Of a stretch of 64,000 nucleotides of DNA, positions 1-12,098 are shown one piece after another. Every line of letters begins with the position of its first letter. The stretch's first letter is position 1. The translations under genes and the position numbers were made by a program. The notes under the pieces were generated by a model, which did no database searches, was not told where the DNA came from, and saw only the letters and a program-made list of their open reading frames with translations. Where the stretch lies: positions 111,972,001 to 112,036,000 of the forward strand of contig NC_042999.1 in the NCBI RefSeq assembly GCF_006345805.1, given 5' to 3'. This DNA comes from Octopus sinensis. Taxonomy: Eukaryota.

Positions 1-100
1 TGATGTTGATGCAAAGGCCTGTACTTTCCAAGTCATTTTCTCCAATTGAAAACAAAGAAAATCCCAAAATATTTACACTCACGCTAACATAGACCCACAA

Positions 101-173
101 TTATACATACGTACGCACATACATATGTGTGTATATATGTTTGTTTCTATTTCTATAGATCTGCCAATCTATT

Positions 174-255
<82 letters not shown>

Positions 256-432
256 CATATATATATATGTATGTATACTTTTGTCTATGTATAATTATGT
301 GTGTGTGTGTGGATGTTTGTAGATGTATGTTTGTGTGTGTATGTATATATATATATATACATACATACATACACACACACACATATATACACACACATAT
401 ATATATAATATATATACATATATTATATATAC

Positions 433-484
<52 letters not shown>

Positions 485-500
485 TATATATATGGTTGTG
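101..500. repeat. Compound microsatellite (CT)n/(TA)n/(TG)n/(CA)n
   Basis: Direct dinucleotide runs. They explain the [12 protein letters not shown] ORFs in the track. Confidence 0.95.
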
Positions 501-831
501 CGTGTGTAACTGTGATGTATCGCTTCATGTTTTATGTGTATGCAAGTATGAGATTTGAAGGACTTTTGTTTGTATTGTTTCAATTATTTTTTTTCGCTTG
601 TGTGTGTGCGCGAGGTAGAAAGAGAGAGAATGTATGTATGTATGTATGTATGTATGTATGTATGTATGTATGTATGTATGTATACGTGAGTATTTGGCTG
701 TGTGCGTACGTTCTTTAACGTGTCATATGTTATTGTTACAGTACTTTTATTTTATACTTTTCTTTGTTTTTGCTTGTGTTGTTGATTTTAATTTCTTTTT
801 TCTTTGTTTCTTCTGTGTGTTTAATGTAAAG

Positions 832-2216
832 TTTAAGTGTCAGAAACATGACTTGGAATTCCAAAAACATTCAATAAAGTTTATCAAGTTATAAAACTCC
901 AGAGAAGTTGATTATTTGTAACGTCCATACCGTATGTAGTGATCTTAGAGCGAACGAGAGAGAGAGAGAGAGAAGGGAAGAGAAAAAGAGCGGTCTACGC
1001 ACAGAAGTAAATAAGACAGAAACCCAAAATTGGTGTTGTTCTTGCTGTTTAGCTCTAAGTCAACCTTAATCTAATGGACACATAATCGAAGACAATCCAC
1101 CTTGGCTATGTCATCATGTTTTCAGATACATTGTATCCAGGACCACAAAATTTCAATCTTACTTCTCCAAGACAGATTCAAAGGAAAATAGCCCTGTTAT
1201 CTATAGCAGGGCGATCGATCACGTTATAAGCAAGTGCTTGTTAACACCCTTTTTGTCGGTTTTTTTTTTGGGTTTTTTGCTTGATTTTCTTTCTATTGTA
1301 TGCATTTTTAATTCTGCCCCCATCATACATGGTCCAATTAGCTTCATCGTTGTTGTAACATATAGCTCTATCGATAATCATGTTTATTATTGATTTCAAA
1401 TTTCGGCACAGAGCCACACCAGTTTTGGGGGAGAGGATAAGTCGAATACATCGACGCCAGTGTTCAACTGGTACTTATTTTACCGACCCCGAAATGATGA
1501 AAAGGTAAAGTCAACCTCGGCGGAATTTGAACTCAGAACGCAGAGACAGACAAATGTCGCTAAGTATTTTTCCCGACATGCTAACGATTCTGCCAGCTCA
1601 CCGCCTTAATCATGCCCTGTCATTTACACTCAGACATGGGAGATCTGAATGGGTTTAGTATAGATGCATAATGTTTAAAAGAAATTAGGTAAGAACTTGC
1701 TTTTGTCCTCAGTTGTCAAGTTCCTTCTTGCTTCGTTATCTTTATTTCCGTCAGAAGAACAATGAGCGAGTTTGAATGGAGAGGAAAGGTAACTCTTACA
1801 CATCAAAGCAATTGATGTCTAATTTGAATATCTGGGATCGAATGGGGAGGTCCTTTCAGGAGATGGAAAATATGAAGCAGGGAAAGTAACTCCAGAGCAT
1901 TGTATGTCTAAGGAGAAAAGGATGTTAACAAGCAGTTGCTTATAACATGATCGATCGCCCTGCTAAAGATAACGAGGAGATTTTCTTTTGAATTATATAC
2001 TCTACTATCTTGGAAAACTAAGACTGAAATATTGTGGTCTTGGATTCAATGCATCCGAATACAAGATGACATGGCCAAGGTGGATTGCCTTCGATCATGT
2101 ATCCACTGGATTAAGGTTGACTTAGAGCTAAACAGAAAAAACACCAATTTTGAGCTCCTCTGTCTTATTTACTGCTCTACGTACCATTCTAGACTGCTCT
2201 TTCGCCCTTCCCTCAT

Positions 2217-2273
<57 letters not shown>

Positions 2274-2406
2274 CTCCAGCCCGCTCGTTCTTAGATCACT
2301 ACATACGGTATGGACGTTAAAAATAATCAACTTCTCTGAAGTTTTATAGCTTGATAAACTTTATTGAATGTTTTGGGAATTCCAAGTCATGTTTCTGACA
2401 CTTAAA
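832..2406. mobile_element. Long inverted-repeat (foldback / long-TIR) structure; arms 832-1254 and 1915-2406
   Basis: Left arm TTTAAGTGTCAGAAACATGACTTGGAATTCC... is the reverse complement of ...GGAATTCCAAGTCATGTTTCTGACACTTAAA (ends 2406). The match continues for ~420 bp through an (AG)n/(CT)n tract to TGTTAACAcCCTTTT. The inverted repeat is certain; a transposon origin is inferred. Confidence 0.75.
1392..1607 (-). mobile_element. tRNA-derived SINE (major family, tail B)
   Basis: Minus strand begins AAGGCGGTGAGCTGGCAGAATCGTTAGC (A-box-like), has GAGTTCAAATTCC (B-box-like) and the central ACTTTACCTTTTCATC..GGGGTCGGTAAAATAAGTACCAG block (resembles the Meta/MESC domain). Ends GTGCCGAAATTTGAAATC(AAT). 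Confidence 0.9.
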
Positions 2407-2667
2407 GTTAGTGTAGTTGTTGTTGTTGGTTAGTCCCAGGTTAACCCCCAAGCAAGAATCTATGGTCAAAGAGATTCCATTCCATAATTTTTCAAAATTT
2501 CATCCTTAAACACCCCATCCTTCACCTAAATGCAAGGAGATGAGGACCGTGTTATCCAACGTATTTTCCTTCTAAGACAGTGGAATGAGATTTGAGGAAG
2601 ATTTAGCTACTATTTCTAACAGATCGAGCAACCATACAAGGGCGGCGGCGGACAGCGTTTTCGTGTC

Positions 2668-2832
2668 ATGACCGCCTCTGGACCGGACGGGGCCTCTGGA
2701 CGATGGGATCCCGGGGTCGCAATATGCGTTCGTGGTGTCGATGTTCACTGAGTCCTGCAATTCGCATCAGTTCACGCGGATAGCCTCGCTCTTCATCGAC
2801 GGACGAGCCGAGCGATCCCCCGTCCAGGGTTT
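2668..2832 (-). rRNA. 5.8S rRNA: 5.8S rRNA gene, orphan copy and probably a pseudogene by context
   Basis: Minus strand AACCCTGGACGGGGGATCGCTCGGCTCGTCCGTCGATGAAGAGCG...GCGAATTGCAGGACTCAGTGAACATCGAC...GAACGCATATTGCG...CAGAGGCGGTC. It carries the conserved 5.8S motifs GTCGATGAAGA, GAATTGCAG and GAACGCA in the correct order and spacing (~165 nt). Confidence 0.92.
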
Positions 2833-2856
2833 CAGTATTTGTTGCTGCTGCTACTG

Positions 2857-2903
<47 letters not shown>

Positions 2904-3270
2904 GACAATCACGTAGGGAATAGGACGTGACACGTTCTCCGCGAAGGAAGGAAAAAAAGAAACGAAACGGAAATCGAGCGGCGGCAGCAGCAGAACAGGG
3001 CGCGACTGCTGACGCCTGGCGCGACGGGCGGACGCAGGAGAGGAAGGAAGGAAGGAAGAGTGAGAGAAAATAAAACGGTCGTGGAGCCGCAAAGCGCGCG
3101 GCACCGTCGGCCGGGCGCGCTGGTTGTCGAGCGGGCGCTGGCTGGATGAGACGTGCGCAGTCGACAGCGAGCGTGGCATCGGGGCGGGCGGCCGCGCTGC
3201 TGCTGCAGTGTTAGAGGGCCGACCAAGATGAAGGCGAGGGGGCCCGGCCGCGGCTTACGAATGGGGCGGA
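2833..3270 (-). other. ITS1-like GC-rich spacer upstream of the 5.8S copy; includes (CTA)n at ~2846-2903
   Basis: Abrupt GC/CpG-rich island directly 5' of the 5.8S. No 18S 3' end is visible. The outer boundary is approximate. Confidence 0.65.
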
Positions 3271-4448
3271 TCACATTTTATCGCGTTCGGCACCACTGCG
3301 TTCGTCAACACCGAATAAATATGATTTGGTTGCATGCACCATGCTTTCGTTCTTTTAGGTGCTTATGCAGGCGTGAATGGACTTAGACACACTATCGGTC
3401 CTCCTATCAAATACCGAGCAGATTGATGGCCGGAGGAAGAAGTGCTCTGGCTTCGGCGGCTACAGCAATGTGAAATGATATGATTTACCCAATGTCCCGC
3501 CCGATACAGAAACTGAACCCACTACCTACTATTAGCATCGTCAGCATCGCCATTTTTATATAGGTACATTTTAAATTACTATCATTGAAGCACTGGCTTT
3601 TCTACATATGGCACCACACCTAACACAGATGCGCGCAAATAGACGTAGAGACACACAGACATTCTCGAAAGCACACACATGCACACAAATTCACACACTT
3701 ACACGCATACATCATACCGACTCTCACACGCATTATCCACTCGCAAGCGCCCACATATACACACATATTTAGATTCTTCCAAGCGCACTTGGATACACAG
3801 AAAGGCAAACAAACTTTCAGCAACTGTATATATTCAAACTCATACACACTCACATCCACGAACATACATACGCGCATATACACAAAGGCACATAAACACA
3901 CACACACACACACACACACACACGTACTGATTGTTGGCATAATGCTGGCTAGTTCTTATTACATAACAGGTGTGGTAATATATTCTGTAGTCGGTCATGT
4001 GTAATTGTCGCAGCAGTTTTACAGCTGGCCATCTTTTCTAGCACCAATTACAGCTATTTAAAAACAAAAACAGGCTTATCTTCTTGTATTCGTCTGTCAG
4101 CCACCCCTATAATTGACATGCCCATTATTGTCATTCTATTTCTTCAGTTTCTCAAGAAACTGACAGCCCTGAAAGAATTTATCAGGAGATCTTGAAACAG
4201 AAAAGATAATTTGAATTACTTGAAAATGCAGCAGAACAACAGATGTTTTTACAATTTTTTGGACTGAATTGGGCAACAATTTCTTGGCTTCTTAGCTGTA
4301 AGCCTTACCAAACTGCCAGTCTGTTACACTGTTAGTTACCAAACTATTTACATCAAATCGACATTCTTTAACTGTTTTCTCACATTCTTTATAAAACATT
4401 TCTAGTTCAAGCCAACAAGGAGGCTTCTTTGTGATTCTTTTATTTTAT

Positions 4449-4620
4449 TTGTTTCTGCCATTGGATTGCGGCCAAACTGGGGCGCTACCTCGAAGGGTTT
4501 CAAATCGCACCCAACCTACTTCCTTTCAGTCAAGTACTTATTCTAAGGTCATTATTCTACCGAAACGCTGAGTTATGGGGTCATAAACAGATCAACGTCC
4601 AGCACTGAGACAAACGCAGC
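4449..4620 (-). mobile_element. Degenerate SINE module (TTTCAGTCATTTGACTGCGGCC family)
   Basis: Diverged match to the copies at 13555-13760 and 59092-59250. Confidence 0.6.
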
Positions 4621-4898
4621 ATAAATATTGACGCACAAGCAGGCACACTCTCACACATAGATACATACATACATATATACACATATATACACATACATAC
4701 ATACATATTTATTTACATACATATGTACATACATACATACCCTCAAACACACACACAAACATACCACCCACACGCACACACACACAATCACACACACGCA
4801 CACAGATATATGCATTCATACATACATGAGAAGGGCTTCCACACAGTTTCTGTCTCCCTACTTCATATATATATATATAATATATATAATATATATAT

Positions 4899-4986
<88 letters not shown>

Positions 4987-4996
4987 GTATGTGTAA

Positions 4997-6066
4997 TTCA
5001 GGGTAGAGGTTGGGGTCCACCAAGGTTCAGTCCTCAGTCCCCTCCTATTTATCATAGTCCTCCAGGCAATAACGGAGGAATTCAAGACAGGATGCCCCTG
5101 GGAGCTCCTCTATGCTGATGACCTTGCTCTAATTGCTGAGTCTCTATCAGAACTGGAGGAGAAGTTTCAGGTGTGGAAGCAAGGTTTAGAATCGAAGGGC
5201 CTTAGAATCAACCTAGCCAAAACCAAAGTCCTAATAAGCAGGAAGGTAGGCCAATCACAAAGGCCTTCAGGTAGATGGCCCTGCTCGATCTGTAGAAAAG
5301 GCGTAGGTAGAAACTCTAAAAGATGCACCAAATGTAAGCTATGGACACATAAGAGATGTAGTAATGTCAAAGAAAGACTAACTAGGAAAATAGTTTTTAT
5401 CTGTGGCAGATGCTCCGGAGCAATAAGCTCTGAAAATATGCAGAGACTAACTTCTACCACGTTCCAGGGAGAAAAACTAGAAGTAGTTGATAGCTTCCGC
5501 TACCTAGGTGACCAAGTCAGTAGCGGGGGCGGGTGTGCTGAAAGTGTAACTGCTAGAGTAAGAATAGCCTGGGCAAAGTTTAGAGAACTCTTACCCCTAC
5601 TGGTGACAAAAGGATCTCGCTCAAAGTAAAAGGCAGACTGTATGATGCATGTGTACCTACAGCCATGCTACATGGTAGTGAAACATGGGCTGTGACTGCT
5701 GAGGATTTGCGTAAGCTCGCAAGAAATGAAACTAGTATGCTCCGATGGATATGTAATGTCAGTGTTCATAATCGACAGAGTGTAAGTACCTTGAGAGAAA
5801 AGTTGGACCTAAGAAGCATCAGTTGTTGTGTGCAAGAGAGACGATTGCGCTGGTATGGTCATGTGGCGAGAATGGATGAAGATAGGTGCGTGAAAAAGTG
5901 CCACACCGTGGCAGTTGAGGGGACCTGTGGAAGAGGTAGACCCAGGAAAACCTGGGACGAGGTGGTGAAGCACGACCTTCGAACTTTAGGTCTCACCAAG
6001 GAAATGACTAGAGACCGAGACCTATGGAAGTATGTTGTGCGTGAGAAGACCCGGCAAGACCAGTGA
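4997..6066 (+). pseudogene. 5'-truncated RTE-clade LINE ORF2 (RT C-terminal half), frameshifted near 5615-5630
   Basis: Frame from 4997 reads FRVEVGVHQGSVLSPLLF...ELLYADDL (RT motifs) and then a Cys-rich PCSICRKGVG..C..C..W.HKRCS segment. The second frame reads MLHGSETW...RRLRWYGHVARM...RGRPRKTW, typical of the RTE C-terminus. Confidence 0.93.
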
Positions 6067-6129
6067 GAACAGTCTGAATCAAAATCAAAATGAAAATCAA
6101 ACCAAATCAAATCAGATATCAGAAAGCAG

Positions 6130-6540
6130 AACCAAAATTGAGGCCGATCAACATCAGTGGAAGTTGCAGCTGTGGTTAAGTGAACCATCCGATCGTCGTG
6201 TCCGCTGCCAGCCTCGCCTGGCCCCCGTGCCGGTGGCACGTAAAAAGCACCATCCGTTCGTGTTCGTTGCCAGCCTCGCCTGGCCCCCGTGCCGGTGGCA
6301 CGTAAATGCACCATCCGTTCGTGGCCGTTTGCCAGCTCCGTCTGGCACCTGTGCGGGTGGCACGTAAAAAGCACCCACTACACTCACGGAGTGGTTGGTG
6401 TTAGGAAGGGCATCCAGCCGTAGAAACACTGCCAGATCTGACTGGGCCTGATGCGGCCTTCCGGCTTCACAGACCCCAGTTGAACCGTCCAACCCATGCT
6501 AGCATGGAAAACGGACGCTAAATGATGATGATGATGATGA
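6130..6540 (+). mobile_element. RTE-type 3' tail with three ~58 bp tandem units, ending in (GAT)n
   Basis: Units carry GTGCCGGTGGCACGTAAAAAGCACC. The terminus AACCCATGCTAGCATGGAAAACGGACGCTAAA is followed by (TGA)n. Confidence 0.75.
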
Positions 6541-6551
6541 TACATATATAC

Positions 6552-6715
6552 AACGGGCTACTTTCAGTTTCCATCTACCAAATCCAATCACAAGGCTTTG
6601 GTCGGCCCGAGGCCATAGTAGAAGAAACTTGCCCAAGGTGCCACGCAGTGGGACTGAACCCGGAACCATGTGGTTGGTAAGCAAGCTATTTACCACACAA
6701 CCACTCCTACACCTA
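6552..6715 (-). mobile_element. tRNA-derived CORE-like SINE
   Basis: Minus strand GGAGTGGTTGTGTGGTAAATAGCTTGCTTACCAACCACATGGTTCCGGGTTCAGTCCCACTGCGTGGCACCTTGGGCAAGT. tRNA-like head followed by the CORE-like GCACCTTGGGCAAGT. Confidence 0.85.
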
Positions 6716-7049
6716 TAAGTATATATATTAAGAATATATATTAAGTATCAGTTGAGCACTGTTGTCGATGTAAACGACTAGCCACACTTCCAAATTTCAT
6801 GCCTACAGTAGAAAAGATTGTTCTTACTCAACTAGGTTTTTGCATATTTCAGTCATATAGATTCTATTAGAACTGGTAAAAATTATGCTCAGCACGCATT
6901 TTCAGGCCGCTTCCCTTGCATAAGTGAAAGTCTTGAAGGACTAATGACTGTTCTAAAAGTACTCATATATATTATTCAATACACACAGATACATACATAT
7001 ACACGAACGCACACACGCATACACAAATATATATAGTATTGAATGCCAA

Positions 7050-7270
7050 GGGAACAGGAATTACGTAAACACTTTCATTAGCTTACAGCTGTTTCTGCAA
7101 AAAGAAGCAGTGCATTCAGAGCTGAGTGCTTGCGCTATAAAATGTCAAACATACAAAACACCATTATTCTCAGGGTTTGTACATATTAAAATAATGCTAA
7201 TTTATTGTCTTTCCAATATTTCTCCTAACAAGAAAATTATAAAGGATCCTGAAAATTGAAAAAGCGTGTG
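7050..7270 (-). mobile_element. Decayed Penelope-like terminal fragment
   Basis: Minus strand has AGCT-CTGA(deleted)-ATGCAC..TGCA-GAAA-CAGCTG-TA-AGCT at 7080-7123, the same architecture as the PLE hammerheads elsewhere in the window. Lies next to (TA)n. Confidence 0.45.
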
Positions 7271-7432
7271 TATATATATATATATATTCTGTGTATACTA
7301 TTGTGTGTTTGCACAAGTGTATGTGTAGTTAACTGCATATTTGTGTATGAATATCCACACCAGATTTCAACTCTTTGTTCGTTTCTGATTATGAATGTAT
7401 GTTTATATGTGTGTATGTATGTGGGTATATGA

Positions 7433-7488
<56 letters not shown>

Positions 7489-7495
7489 CAGTAGC

Positions 7496-7536
<41 letters not shown>

Positions 7537-7709
7537 ATGAAGAGGAGGAGGATTTGTAGAATACTTGGTAATAAAGGCAAACATCTGGTCTGACTTAGAG
7601 GCATGTTGAAGTCATTTGGTTGGATGTAGACTTACTCCAACCCAACCCCACCAAAAGATACTAGATAATCCATGTCTGGAATTAACTATTGAAAAGCCGA
7701 AAACTCCTG

Positions 7710-7767
<58 letters not shown>

Positions 7768-7770
7768 GAT

Positions 7771-7941
7771 GGCATTTCGTCTGTCTTTAAATTCTGAGTT
7801 CAAATTCCGCCGAAATTGAATTTCTTTTCATGCTTTCGGGGTCGTTGAAATAGATACCAGAAAGGAAGTGGGATCGATATAATTGACTAGGCCTTCCCCA
7901 AAATTATCAGGCCTGATAGTAGAAAGGATTATTATTATTAT

Positions 7942-8024
<83 letters not shown>

Positions 8025-8190
8025 TGGTGAGCTAGCAGAATCGTTATAGCTTCTGAAGAAATATTCTACATTATTTCTTTTGTTTCAAATTACACCAAAG
8101 TCAACTTTACCTTTCATTCTTCTTGGGTCGATGTAATAGACTGGGCCTCTCCCTTATAAAATTTACTGGCCTTTTGCTAAAACTAGAACG
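7771..8190 (+). mobile_element. Two degenerate major-family SINE copies (7771-7930 and 8026-8190) separated by (TTA)n(CAT)n
   Basis: TTCTGAGTTCAAATTCCGCCGAAATTG...TTTCGGGGTCG, and GGTGAGCTAGCAGAATCGTT. Confidence 0.7.
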
Positions 8191-8201
8191 CGTTAACGAT
8201 C

Positions 8202-8298
<97 letters not shown>

Positions 8299-8305
8299 TA
8301 TTATT

Positions 8306-8841
8306 GAGTGAGAGAGCAGTGTATGCCGTCAAAGTGACACTGGGGTAAATTACACGAAGCCAAGCATACCTGTCTGATAAGGGTACATCAGGCAGATGCA
8401 TCAGAACCATATGTGCGCGACATGGTGATCTCATATCAAGATAAACAATGCATAACTTTGCAGGTGGGGCTCAGTTAGAATTTTATTCAGGTCGAGTAGC
8501 CCATCCAGCTCAAAAGGTCCCTGAATAAGGGTTGTTTAAAAATGTTGAACGAAACACTCATATTTCCAAAGATAAATTATCCAAACCCCAAAGAATTCCT
8601 CTCAACTCATATGTATGATGCTCCCCCATTAGTTCTCCTCGTGATCAGAAATGCTCATATCATCAGCCACTAAGGGACATGCTCAAATGGTTATGGTCAA
8701 ACGACTGACAAGCAAATCTGTGGTATTGAGCAGAATATTTGCTGTGATCCATCTTTTTCACCAAGACAAAACGATGTACATGGTAACACTTACAATCAGT
8801 TAAGATCAGAAGCTATGCGAGCCACTGCTTGGTACTGCATC
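8306..8841 (-). mobile_element. ~540 bp non-coding element embedded in (TAA)n, copy 1
   Basis: Colinear with 41148-41696 over the whole length. Both ends are flanked by TTA/CAT/CTA triplet runs. Strand is inferred by analogy with the Dong copies. Confidence 0.8.
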
Positions 8842-8876
8842 TATTATTATTATTATTACTGCTACTACTACTACTA

Positions 8877-8908
<32 letters not shown>

Positions 8909-8911
8909 TTT

Positions 8912-8960
<49 letters not shown>

Positions 8961-9578
8961 AGAAGACTATATTTGCTTGCTGGTTTAGCAACCAGTTTAG
9001 TAGGTTTTGCATAATTTGTATACAAAGTAATATTAATTATATACGAAAGAAATATGGTGAAAAATGAATGAGAATCGTCTTTAGTGATACAGTGACAAGT
9101 CCTGACATATTTCAATCTTATTAGACCTTACCAGAAAAGCATAACCGAAAGGTGATTGACGAGAGAGATGCATATTTTAAAACTTTAAATGAACGCTGAA
9201 TAGCGTGATAACTTTAAATAAGTTTCTGGTTTGGTTCTCTTCTGTTTAATTCTGGAGAGTATCTACGGTCAAAAATGGCTCCATATTTTAAGGTTGATTA
9301 TACTCATATTCAAGAAATGTTTCGAAGACTTGTAAATGTTTTTCTTCGAAGATAAGAAAATGTGTTGTTTATATAAGTCTTACCAATAAGCTTCATAACT
9401 CTTATCAATAAATTTCGTAAAATATCAGGTGCATTCAGATTTTATTCAACCAACGATGAAAGCACGAGAAATTTAATCCTACTGCATCGAATTTTAACAA
9501 AAAAAATTCTTCTCAGTTCATTGGAAAATATAATAATAATAATAATAATAAAAAATAATAATAATAATAATAATAATA

Positions 9579-9628
<50 letters not shown>

Positions 9629-11945
9629 CATATTATTATTATATTATATTTTTATTATTATATTATTAGTATTGGTTATTATTATTATTGTTATTATTAT
9701 TATTACTATTACTATTACTATACAGTGTAGGCCTTTATTATTAATAAAGCTAAAATATCTTGAGTATGTATATGTACGTTTCTTTAGTCATGTGATTAGA
9801 TGGGTGTGTGTGTGTGTATGTCTTAAATCTACTCAATGGCAAAGTTTTCGCTTGTTCTCGGTTTGTTTTTGCTTTTTGTAGTTTTTTTTTTTTTGTTTCT
9901 TTTAATCTTGCTTTCTGAGCAATCATCAGTGTTGTACATTTGTATTCATGCTATACATAACTTAGAGAGAGAGGGGGTGAGAAGAAGGGAGGGGGTAAGG
10001 ATTCACATCCTCATTCTTCAAATTAATAACAATCCTATAGTGTACTTAAAATGACGGTAAGACTACAATTTTCCTCACAAATAGATACAGAATATAAGAT
10101 TGAAACAAAAAAGAAACCGCAAAACAAAATCAATCGTTCTAGCATTGCAAAAAATCCCCCCCTCTCTCTATCTCTCTCTATATATATCTATCTATCTATC
10201 ACTCTTTCTGCAACTCATTTTCCCCTCTCTTCTCGCCTCCCCTTCTGTCTTTTTCTATCCTCATTTTTTATTTCATTCTATATCTCCCTTATGGTTCTGA
10301 TGCCTCTTTCTTTTCTTTTCTTCTTCTGTACCTTGTTCTTATTGTTTTTCATTTCTCTCATCAGCAACTTCCTGTCTGCTACCAATAGAACAACAAGACT
10401 TATGACAGAAACAAGCAGCACAGTCAATGCTAAGATAGATAGTAGACAGTTTTTAGAAATAATTTCAAGCTTGTTCATTTAGCAAAGATATTAGAGTTGG
10501 CAAAATAAGACATAAGGGAATTAATATATTTACTAAATATATTGGTGTACCAAGAATTTTATCTTTTTTATTGTTTTTTAATTCTTCTATATTCTTTTAC
10601 ATCTCTGAGAATTGTTGTAGGGTGTAATCAGTAATACGGTGTTCCACCATAAATAACTTTCAACTTGAGATCAGATAAAGGCCTGCGTGGTTGCTCACTG
10701 AACCATTGGCAGCAGTTTAGAACAGCTACTTTGTAAGATCACACCATTCCATGGAATAATCTTTGATGGGACATAATGAGCAATATTTAATAATGTAATA
10801 CTTATTTCAAAGGACGGAATATAAAATGTATATTATAATTCATAGATAAAAGGCGATCGGATTGATTGATAAAATCAATAGAGCGACGAGAAAATGCCTT
10901 GCGGAATTTAGTTGCATCCATTTGTATTCCGAGTTGCTGAAGTTGACTTTGCTTTTTATCCTTCGAATATCAATACAATTACTCTCATTCAAGTTTTGAA
11001 GCCGATTTGATTGTGTCTTTCCCCTCAAAATTTGAGACCTTGTGCCTATATCAGAAATCAGTATTTCTCATATAAGTATACAGTTTATAATCAGTAGGAA
11101 AAAGGCTTTTTTTAAACTTCTCCTAAAAATATATAAAACTCGGATCTTTTAGAATTGTGAAATCTATGGTGGTGTAAAAAAGTGACGTGAAAAATTATTT
11201 CACTAGACGTTTAATTGTAGTTGATACAGAATAAAATGTTTTACATATTTACGCCTGAGTTGACATAGCCTATCACCTCTAGAAACTCAAAGGACAATGC
11301 AATTAATTATTGAAGTGTTTATGTTTGGGCCTGTTGAATAATCCCCACTACGTCCGTATGTTAGTATGAAGTGATAATGTTTAGCATCGTAAGTTAAGGA
11401 TGACGCGGTTGACTGAATGTTTTCTCTAACTGTTAGTAGAGAATGAACACATGATTAAGTTTACAATTTTTTGTACGTTTCCCGATACGTTCGTACGTTA
11501 GTGTCACGTGACAGTATATTTTGCACCCAAAAAGAAGGCCGACGCGGTTGAATGAATATGTTTAGTTATAATCAAGGCACTCCAAATGTAATCTGTCTGG
11601 CGGAAGAGTCGACAAGAGTCGTTTGTATGTAGTCCAGTGGCTAAAATTTAGGTTGTTAGCTGTGTAGCTTCCTGATGATAAGTGGCAGAAAGAATTCTGT
11701 GTGTGAATAGTTGAGTATGTACTCTGTTAAAGTTTGTTTTGCAAAAAGTAAGTACCCCAAATTCCAGGTGCTGCCATTCTACCTATGTTTAGCAAATACC
11801 ACAGATGAAGCACGGATAAACAAAGAAAATGCTTCCATACAAATGTACAAACCAAGATATCACAAACTTTAACAGATTACTTACACAACTATTCACATGC
11901 AAAATTCATTATGTGAGGGTGTGTTTGTGTACCATTGACATCCAC

Positions 11946-12098
11946 ACAGTTCCCGTCAACCAAATTCGCTCGCAACTCATTAGTCGGCCCGGGGCTATAG
12001 TAAGAAACACTTGTTCCAGTTACCACGCAATGAGACTGAACTCAAAACCATGTAGTTGCAAAGAGAACGACTTAACCACACATACATTTCTGCACCTG
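11946..12098 (-). mobile_element. Degenerate CORE-like SINE
   Basis: GTCGGCCCGGGGCTATAGTAAGAAACACTTG and GACTGAACTCAAAACCATGT match the 6552-6715 family. Confidence 0.7.

Noticed and set aside
3200-3400. Possible 18S rRNA 3' end upstream of the ITS1-like region
   Set aside because: The invariant GTAACAAGG..GAACCTGC..GGATCATTA terminus is absent on the minus strand.
6190-6370. CRISPR-like look of the repeated GTGGCACGTAAAAAGCACC
   Set aside because: The intervening segments are homologous to each other, not unique spacers. Eukaryotic retroelement context and no cas genes.
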